From a virus (taxonomy: Duplodnaviria > Caudoviricetes): a stretch of DNA of 64,000 nt. Numbering within the stretch: position 1 is the first letter of the stretch; each line of letters starts with the position of its first letter. Under the pieces are notes generated by a model. It searched no databases, was not told the DNA's origin, and saw only the letters and a list, made by a program, of their open reading frames with translations. This document shows positions 57,358 to 64,000 of this stretch, piece by piece. The stretch is taken from positions 2,975 through 66,974 of IMG/VR virus record IMGVR_UViG_3300037067_010056, one strand, 5' to 3'. The position numbers and the translations under genes were made by a program.

Positions 57358-57600
57358 TCAACCCTTCATGAAGTTGGCGGGGCTGTCTTTTCGGACCTTG
57401 TGTTTGATCTCGTCTCTGACCTTGCGCTCTTCAGCGGGTGGTGGCGGGTCATCAATGGGCGTTGCTGGAGCTCCACAGTTCCTGCAGACACCCCCCTTCA
57501 CTCGGAGGGGCGCATGGCAGTAGAAGCACTTGTCACGTCCCATTCCAGCCTGGAGGGCTCTGGAGGCTACTCGCTTGATGATGTCCAACCTACTGATCAT
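57358..57600 (-). CDS. Small double-Zn-ribbon protein with N-terminal RVASR motif
   Basis: KRVASRALQAG; CFYC, CRNC. Confidence 0.7.
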   Translation of the reverse strand: MISRLDIIKRVASRALQAGMGRDKCFYCHAPLRVKGGVCRNCGAPATPIDDPPPPAEERKVRDEIKHKVRKDSPANFMKG

Positions 57601-57677
57601 ACTCCACCACCCATACAGTTTGGTATAAGTTTCTTATTTTATCGCACCGCTCGACCCCTCGCGGGATAACTCGCTAT

Positions 57678-59150
57678 TCAATGAACCACTTGAGGCAGCC
57701 GCGACGTCTAAGTCGTCCAAGCTTTCTTGTACGTGCTCCAACCCCCATACACAATGAACCACTGAGCCACACCTTCCGTGGGATTTGTAGATCAAGTCGA
57801 GATTGCTCCAATCCCCCATACACAATAAACCACTGAGGTATCAACCTCCCGATTAGGGGTTGAGGGAAAATCTACATCTAGCTCCAATCCCCCATACACT
57901 CAAAGAACCACTGAGGCCAATCACCGCTATTCTGAAGCGCTCCGCCATACGTGCTCCAACCCCCATACACAATGAACCACTGAGGCCAAAAAAACCTCAT
58001 TGCGCTTTCTTGAAGCACTTATTGCTCCAATCCCCATACACTCAAAGAACCACTGAGGCGTACTTCTAGCCGCGAGGTCAGGAGAGCTACTCTCGCTCCA
58101 ATCCCCATACACAATAAACCACTGAGGCGCTGTCGCCAAAGGAAAAGTCCAAGAAGCCGCCAACCTCCAATCCCCATACACTCAATGAACCACTGAGTCT
58201 GCGAAAACTGGCAGTCCGATGGCCAGTCACTAGAGGCTCCAATCCCCATACACTCAAAGAACCACTGAGGCCCTCGCGCCAGGGCTGACATTGCATTCCG
58301 TCACATTCCTCCAATCCCCATACACAATGAACCACTGAGGCACAATCGTCACGTCGTGATGGCGACCTGATCAGAGACTCCAATCCCCATACACTCAAAG
58401 AACCACTGAGGCCGAGTACTTGGCGCGGATGACCCACGCAAGACGAGTACCTCCAACCCCCATACACTCAAAGAACCACTGAGGCCCGACATCGGCAATC
58501 CCGACAAGGCATCCGTCCTCAAGCTCCAATCCCCATACACTCAAAGAACCACTGAGGCCGTCCATCATCTCAGGAAGAAGCGCTCGGGAGCACAGTCTCC
58601 AATCCCCATACACTCAAAGAACCACTGAGGCCCAACCACAAGGGTCCCCATGCGAGACCTCCGACGAATGCTCCAATCCCCATACACTCAAAGAACCACT
58701 GAGGCCTGCTTCTTTGTCTTCCTGTTCGTAGGAATCCTCGGCTGCTCCAATCCCCATACACTCAAAGAACCACTGAGGCTTCCAGAGGTTCCGCCGAATA
58801 TAGCGAGAGCCTCATGGCTCCAATCCCCATACACTCAAAGAACCACTGAGGCCCCATCTAGGCAGTTACACCGCCGGCACTCGGTTCCTGAGCTCCAATC
58901 CCCATACACTCAATGAACCACTGAGGCTACCGATCACAATTCTACGTAGTCTATACCAGAGAATGGCTCCAATCCCCATACACTCAATGAACCACTGAGG
59001 CGCAAGCGATTGAAGATAAGCCACCAACAGGTGTTGGCTCCAATCCCCATACACTCAATGAACCACTGAGGCCGCAGTCATAAACAACCCGCCAGGTACG
59101 ATTGGACTTGAACCGCTCCAATCCCCATACACTCAATGAACCACTGAGGC
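57678..59150 (-). CRISPR. CRISPR array: 20 repeats (consensus 36 bp) plus 1 partial terminal repeat, 20 spacers of 35-42 bp
   Basis: Plus-strand consensus GCTCCAATCCCCATACACTCAA(A/T)GAACCACTGAGGC. Degeneration at the low-coordinate end places the leader above 59150 and implies minus-strand transcription. Confidence 0.97.
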
Positions 59151-59409
59151 CCTCAGTATGAGATCCTCAGTAGTTCTATACACTTACAATACTACATGCG
59201 AGAGGGTCTGCATAACCGTCTCAGCATGAGTCCTACCTGACTCCCGGTAGATCAGTGAACCGTATAGGTGATACAAACCACCTGGTTACTTCTGACTACA
59301 TGGGAATCAGATGCAAGATTTTCAGAGAACAGTCTCTCTAGTGGAAGAGAGTGCAATGCGAGCGGGTACAAGGTCTAGTATATCACCGAACCGCTCGCAA
59401 GATAAGTTA
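59151..59409 (-). promoter_or_regulatory. CRISPR leader containing anti-repeat elements
   Basis: CCTCAGT at 59151-59157 and CCTCAGTAGTTCT at 59165-59177 are inverted relative to the repeat end. Confidence 0.65.
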
Positions 59410-60147
59410 CTAGGCAGCTTTCGAATCATTCTTCCTAGAACCACCTCGTCTAGCCGACCTAAACCCATCAACCAGAATTTGGAGCTTCCGGTTCTTATCC
59501 CCAGAGATTTCGAGCTTACTCTTCAAGGACGCAATCCTCTTCTTAAGCTTCTTGATGGTCTCGTTCGCTTGGACTAGTTCTTCCTTGGCCGTGGTTCTGG
59601 AATCCATCCTTACTCTCTTTGTCATTGATCCCGGGTTGGCTTCCCCAACTTCAGCTATCAGACGGATAACCTCCAACCTCAACAAGAAGGACTTCTTGTT
59701 GGTAGTCATGTACTCAACTACCTTGTCGAAACCTTTTGTGTGGAACTTCGTCTGAAGCTTCTTTGTGACAAGAACCGCCGCGCTCAGACCAATCTTCTTC
59801 AGCACGTTCAATGGGGTTCGTGCAAGGGCTACCTTGCAATCCCCATATCGTGTTGGGTCATAGATGTCACGTTTCCGGAGGAAGGTTGCAAAACTCCACT
59901 TAGTGCTATCCGACTCATTCCGCCAAATGGAATCCTCGATCTCCAACTGGTAGAGATAGAGTACAATACGCTCCTCATTGACCTCAGCAGCTACCTTTAG
60001 GCGAGTTAGCTCCTTTAGGACTATAGCCCAACTCTCCCCCTCCACCAGCTCTGGAGCTTTGCTGTCACGGATGAGATTCTTGAGACGTACCTCTTCTAGT
60101 TGCGTTTGCATCTTTAGTGGTCTTTCTGGTAGGTGCTTGGACTTCAA
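59410..60147 (-). CDS. Basic cas-linked hypothetical protein with C-terminal coiled coil
   Basis: Lies between cas gene and leader and overlaps the cas 3' end; start 60147 or 60111. Confidence 0.8.
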   Translation of the reverse strand: MKSKHLPERPLKMQTQLEEVRLKNLIRDSKAPELVEGESWAIVLKELTRLKVAAEVNEERIVLYLYQLEIEDSIWRNESDSTKWSFATFLRKRDIYDPTRYGDCKVALARTPLNVLKKIGLSAAVLVTKKLQTKFHTKGFDKVVEYMTTNKKSFLLRLEVIRLIAEVGEANPGSMTKRVRMDSRTTAKEELVQANETIKKLKKRIASLKSKLEISGDKNRKLQILVDGFRSARRGGSRKNDSKAA

Positions 60148-62038
60148 TTGAAGGTGCTTCCGATTCGGAAGTTTCCAGATTAGTTGTTTGATTCTTACGG
60201 GCTCTGCTGTCTCGGATCACCTTCCGGAAGCTCTCACTCACCGCATCGTAGTCATACACCTTGCTCGGCGTTCCAGCTCTGAAGGTGGCCCAAGCGGTCA
60301 AGAAGTCTTTGGGGATCTCTTGCTTACACTCGTCGTTGTTGCAAATGTAGTTGCTGGATATCTTGTCAAACTCCATCTTCCCTTTCAGGCACGATGGGCA
60401 TAGAGAAGTTCCAACCTTGAGTACTCGGTAGTTGATCCCCGCCTTGGTCAAGGCCCAGATAATCTTCTCACGAAGTAGTGCACTCGGGAACCGCCTCAGG
60501 ATCTTCTCAATGCGCTTGTCCGGGTGATGCGCGAGGTGGGTGCTCCAATCATTGAGCAACACTTCAGCATAGGGCTCTCGAGTCTGAACCCAACCTTCGT
60601 GAGTCAAGGTCATCCCGCTCGCCAGTCTAGCGACTAAGGAACCTTGTTGCTCACAATAGCTCTTGGTGAACAAAGCTTCCTTCTCTGAGACCTCCGTTTT
60701 GATCCTCAAGAATCGATTTCGACCGTGACCCCGAGCTCCACGTCCTTGATGATTCAGGTGTTGAGCCATGCTACTCCGTTTGGCGTCGAAAGCCAACTTG
60801 GTCTGGAGAAGGCTGTCTTGGACCAGATCGTAGGTGAACACCTCGTTTGGATCTTTCCCTAACGCCTTGAACTGTTTCAATGACTTGGCTGTGGGCTTAT
60901 GAGGTGTCCGCCGACCTTCGAATTGAAGCCGATGAGCAAAGTAAGACTTGCTGTCGTCTACCCTACCAACACCGCGACCATTACTAGCCCACAGGCGTAG
61001 GATTGAATCCAGACCAGGGCAGACTACGAGAGTGTCCACGCCTTCTTTTGTGCTTGGTCTTGGGTAGGAGTAGGACACCTTAAGTTGGAACCGATAACGG
61101 TCATCATCCCATACCAGGCGAGCACCCCCTATCGTGTACTCACTTCCCGGCTTCAGGATCTTGTGAAGGGTTGACCATTGAGAGTTGCCTCTTGCAACAG
61201 CTTTTCCTGTCAAGTGGGGTGACCGGCCATTGACAGCTGCTCGTAGAGTAAGGATTACATCGAGATCGCGTCCGCATAGCACTAAGTCAAAGCACTCTCG
61301 AGGTAATGGGAGGCTCTTAGCCTTGAACCAAGGTGGAGATTGTTCAGCCTCTTTCTTAAGCCAGGTCCTCATCTTATCTGAGGCTTGTTTAGAAGCAAAA
61401 GCGGTCAAGCTCCCCGAAAGAGGGTTGTCACTTAACTTGTTACGAGTAGCACCCTCTTTCGCCTTCTTGCCCTTCGAGGTCTTGAGTTGGACGCGCTCTA
61501 CCGTAGCGCCGATAGCTTCAGCCAAAACTGGGTATGGCTCTCTACCTTCCTCTTTGAGGAGTGATCTGACTACAGCTCGTTGCCCTTTAGTGACCAACTG
61601 GATCACCTCGAATAGTTCTGGGTAGTGATCTACCGGCTCCTCCTTGGGCTTGGCTTCATCTTGAGTAGCTGTCTCTTCTGCTCCCTTCTTAGGCTTCTTT
61701 TTCTTGTGCTTCTTCACCCACTTCTGGTGGGCTACTTGCTGACCTTCAGCGGCTTCGCCCTCTGTTTTAGCATGCCAGCTCCAAGGTTCGAGTTCGAGTG
61801 TCACTGATCCTGGGATACGGAAACAACACTCAATAGCGTCTTGTGATCGCTCATCCATCCATTCAGAGCGAGGGCGACCAATGAGCTTGTTCCCATCCTT
61901 GACCTGCCACCCCTTAGAGGTCTTGTTGACATAAGGCTTTTCAACCCCTCGATTCCTGAGTTCCTCAACTAACCATAGTGAAGTGGCGGCTACAACGGGG
62001 TCTACTTCAGCTTTTGGCTTTGTACTAGGCATACACAT
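60065..62038 (-). CDS. cas12f: Cas12f/TnpB-like type V effector, predicted nuclease-dead
   Basis: WED motif LHKIL..EYTIGGARLV..RFQLKVSYSY; RGHGR; TSLCPSC...CNNDEC Zn finger; RuvC-I VVCPG (D to C), RuvC-II LLND (E to N), RuvC-III KD intact. Confidence 0.8.
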   Translation of the reverse strand: MCMPSTKPKAEVDPVVAATSLWLVEELRNRGVEKPYVNKTSKGWQVKDGNKLIGRPRSEWMDERSQDAIECCFRIPGSVTLELEPWSWHAKTEGEAAEGQQVAHQKWVKKHKKKKPKKGAEETATQDEAKPKEEPVDHYPELFEVIQLVTKGQRAVVRSLLKEEGREPYPVLAEAIGATVERVQLKTSKGKKAKEGATRNKLSDNPLSGSLTAFASKQASDKMRTWLKKEAEQSPPWFKAKSLPLPRECFDLVLCGRDLDVILTLRAAVNGRSPHLTGKAVARGNSQWSTLHKILKPGSEYTIGGARLVWDDDRYRFQLKVSYSYPRPSTKEGVDTLVVCPGLDSILRLWASNGRGVGRVDDSKSYFAHRLQFEGRRTPHKPTAKSLKQFKALGKDPNEVFTYDLVQDSLLQTKLAFDAKRSSMAQHLNHQGRGARGHGRNRFLRIKTEVSEKEALFTKSYCEQQGSLVARLASGMTLTHEGWVQTREPYAEVLLNDWSTHLAHHPDKRIEKILRRFPSALLREKIIWALTKAGINYRVLKVGTSLCPSCLKGKMEFDKISSNYICNNDECKQEIPKDFLTAWATFRAGTPSKVYDYDAVSESFRKVIRDSRARKNQTTNLETSESEAPSIEVQAPTRKTTKDANATRRGTSQESHP

Positions 62039-62058
62039 CTCTCATGCTGGTGTAGGGA

Positions 62059-62300
62059 GCCTTCGAGCCGTAGTCCGATGGCAATTGACTTGTTGAGAAC
62101 ATGCCATTTTGACCAACTCCAACTCCACAACCCCTACATTCAGTGGATCAAAGCAGAAAACTGGACCAGATTGTGAGAATGTATGGGGTCTGACCACTCT
62201 GGGTCAGACTTAGCTGAGTGCATGATAGCCTCGCCTTAAGGGCTATGGAGGTGCCCTAATAACACACTATCTGGTCCAGTTTTCTGCTTTGTTCCGTGAT
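62059..62300 (-). ncRNA. Candidate structured guide-scaffold/tracr-like RNA upstream of the cas gene
   Basis: 23-bp perfect IR (62149-62171/62269-62291), two internal hairpins, anti-repeat 62174-62188, degenerate repeat 62123-62143; strand inferred. Confidence 0.55.
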
Positions 62301-62306
62301 TCACAG

Positions 62307-62335
62307 ACTATCTCACGAGTTGCCTGGACTTGCAA
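62307..62335 (-). promoter_or_regulatory. Putative sigma70-type promoter TTGCAA-N17-GATAGT
   Basis: Lies between the upstream terminator and the 5' arm of the structured element. Confidence 0.35.
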
Positions 62336-62343
62336 CAGAAAAT

Positions 62344-62382
62344 GACACAGGCCTGCTAATTTATCATTAGCAGGCCTGTGTC
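62344..62382 (-). terminator. Rho-independent terminator of 62394-62660
   Basis: 17-bp perfect stem, 5-nt loop, followed by ATTTTCT on the minus strand. Confidence 0.75.
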
Positions 62383-62393
62383 GAAGGTCAGGA

Positions 62394-62660
62394 CTACCAC
62401 CGGACATCGGCAGGGAGTCGCTCATAAGCCCGTTGGCAATCATCCTCGTACTTCATCGCAGTAGAGATTTTGCCTTCTAGCCGGAGGCCGATGGCAATTG
62501 ACTTGTTGAGGGCGTAGCAGGCCAAGACTTCAACGATCTTATGAGCATCCGACCGATTCCCTACGATCTCAGAAGCCTTATTCCTAGTGGTGACATGCCA
62601 CTTGGACCAGAAGGACCGTAGTTCGTCTTGGTTCATCGAGTCGAAGTTCGGAATCTCCAT
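62394..62660 (-). CDS. Hypothetical protein; a 39-nt internal segment is copied at 62059-62097
   Basis: ATG 6 nt after class A motif. Confidence 0.75.
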   Translation of the reverse strand: MEIPNFDSMNQDELRSFWSKWHVTTRNKASEIVGNRSDAHKIVEVLACYALNKSIAIGLRLEGKISTAMKYEDDCQRAYERLPADVRW

Positions 62661-62734
62661 GCCACCTATTACGCCCCAACTCGGAGGATCTCAACCAACT
62701 TGTTACGAATGATCTTTCGGTGTAAAGTCCACGC

Positions 62735-63103
62735 ATGGGAAATCTTGAAACCGTCACCCCAGCAACTCTGGATGCCCACTTGAGCGTTCTCGTGGATTCA
62801 GAGCCTGATCTTGGGACCATCTCGCACTTGAATCACGAGGGCGACACCACGTACACCTGGGACAGGAAGAACAAGGCTGAGTGTGAAGCGGCCCAGGCCC
62901 ACTTTGAGGCTCTGAAGGCCAAGGGGTTCCTCGTATTCAAGGTCAATCGTCTTGGCGGTAAGCAGAAGAAGCCGACAACGGGTGAATTTGATCCTAAGGC
63001 TGGCAAGTACATCTACACGGCCCCCGAGGATGCCCCGGAGATGGCTACTGAGTTTGACCCTCAGGCCAATTATGTAGCAACCCCAGCGATGCAGGGCGGA
63101 TGA
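62735..63103 (+). CDS. Small protein ending in di-glycine (PAMQGG)
   Basis: GDTTYTWD..E.EAA..F..LK.KGF..EFDP.A repeated twice; GGTGTA 10 nt upstream. Confidence 0.8.
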   Translation: MGNLETVTPATLDAHLSVLVDSEPDLGTISHLNHEGDTTYTWDRKNKAECEAAQAHFEALKAKGFLVFKVNRLGGKQKKPTTGEFDPKAGKYIYTAPEDAPEMATEFDPQANYVATPAMQGG

Positions 63104-63124
63104 TGCTATAGTGGTGAGGTAATC

Positions 63125-63442
63125 ATGAAGATCAGGTTCAGAACAGCCAATAATCGAAGAACCTTTCACATCCAGGATGGTGGACGAGTATTCCTACCTC
63201 AATGGCGCATGCGCCAGATCCGGTGGGAAGAGGCGATGCTAAACTCGATTGCCAAGCGTGAGAATCTCATTGGTACGCTTCATCACGGGTTCTGTGGTTG
63301 TGGATCTATTGGCTGCCAGGGGACCCCATACATCCCCCAGAACGCTGATGCTCGACCTGAAGGGTGCACTGAGGAGCCAGTGGTCAAGAATCCCCCCAAG
63401 GTTGACCCGGAACGAGAGTGTCCTCACTTCGCATCGAGGTGA
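63125..63442 (+). CDS. Hypothetical protein with Cys/His motif
   Basis: HHGFCGCGSIGC. Confidence 0.65.
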   Translation: MKIRFRTANNRRTFHIQDGGRVFLPQWRMRQIRWEEAMLNSIAKRENLIGTLHHGFCGCGSIGCQGTPYIPQNADARPEGCTEEPVVKNPPKVDPERECPHFASR

Positions 63443-63481
63443 GCCATTCATCTCCACATCCATTATCTTGAACCTGGAGAG

Positions 63482-64000
63482 ATGCCTCTCTATGAGTTCG
63501 GAGTAACACGCTCGTATCAGTGGTATGGGGCTGCCGTCGGGCAGTATGGTGGCCACTGGGAAGTCAGGGGAAGTATCCAGAGGGAGCGCAAGACTCTCCT
63601 CAGTCTAGAGGTTGACGAGCCTCTCACTCTGTTCGTTGATGAGCTGACGAACCGCCTTCGAGAGTTGGAGTTGGTTGACCTCGACATCGGACCTATTGGC
63701 GAGGACGGTATTCCAACCCTCGATTGCGTTCGTAGAGGGCAGGGTCCTTTTGATGTTGATGGGACTCTCTTACTTGCTATTCGTTCTGTGTGCTCTATCG
63801 ATGGGGTTACTGACTGGGATAACTATAATGGGGGTCGATTCGCTGACAGACACCAAGGCGTCATCCTCACAGGTGGGCTGGCATTCATCGAGGGGATCAA
63901 GGTTGGTACTGACCTCGAAGGGCAGGACCCAACCCGCGTGATCGAACAGACGTGTCTTATGCTGGCCGGAAAAGACTTCGACCGTAACACACCTAATCTC
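63482..64000 (+). CDS. Hypothetical protein, truncated by window end
   Basis: Open from ATG 63482 (MPLYEFGVTR...) to 64000 with no stop. Confidence 0.65.
   Translation, partial: MPLYEFGVTRSYQWYGAAVGQYGGHWEVRGSIQRERKTLLSLEVDEPLTLFVDELTNRLRELELVDLDIGPIGEDGIPTLDCVRRGQGPFDVDGTLLLAIRSVCSIDGVTDWDNYNGGRFADRHQGVILTGGLAFIEGIKVGTDLEGQDPTRVIEQTCLMLAGKDFDRNTPNL

Noticed and set aside
58200-58235. Spacer matches to 62072-62082 (11 nt) and 62154-62162 (9 nt)
   Set aside because: Too short and discontinuous; consistent with chance. No full self-targeting spacer was seen by eye in this window.
57634-59054. About ten ORFs over the CRISPR array (MYGDW..., LSGSLSVWGLE repeats)
   Set aside because: They are translations of the CRISPR repeats, not genes.
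60065-62038. Cas12k CAST, Cas12m or autonomous IS200/IS605 TnpB
   Set aside because: No tnsB/tnsC/tniQ or tnpA in the window, and the motifs fit Cas12f better. Not excluded without phylogeny or flanking sequence.
1146-63941. Many antisense or alternate-frame ORFs (e.g. 1689-, 3470+, 22172-, 29954-, 47095+, 61185+, 63675+)
   Set aside because: They overlap better-supported genes and lack promoter motifs or operon junctions.

Overview
This 64-kb window looks like part of a large (jumbo-type, inferred) dsDNA phage genome. It holds about 120 tightly packed, mostly short genes of unknown function and no host housekeeping operons. I found no tRNA or rRNA genes. Recognisable genes are an R2K-type ATP-grasp protein, an HNH endonuclease, an antirepressor/GIY-YIG fusion, DUF2786, two DUF2829/Tad2-like proteins, two HEXXH zincins, Thg1 plus a P-loop kinase, a prepilin-like protein, an HU fusion, a PvuII-like endonuclease broken by an in-frame TAA, HicB-like proteins, a tail/virion protein and a MoeB/ThiF E1-like enzyme. 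Two systems stand out. (1) A phage-borne type V CRISPR locus: a 657-aa Cas12f-like protein whose RuvC-I Asp and RuvC-II Glu appear replaced (C340, N496), an overlapping 245-aa partner gene, and a 20-repeat array. An anti-repeat sits in the leader, and a structured RNA candidate upstream of the cas gene carries a second anti-repeat, a degenerate repeat and a 39-nt copy of the neighbouring gene. (2) Twenty otherwise diverse small proteins all end in the same peptide, approximately R-[VLI]-S-R-Y-[EDN]-R-x-[PW]-V-I-stop, conserved at the protein level. Three recurring upstream motifs (putative promoters) and a pair of inverted non-coding regions near a G/C strand-bias switch are also visible. All family assignments come from motif recognition by eye, not from database searches.
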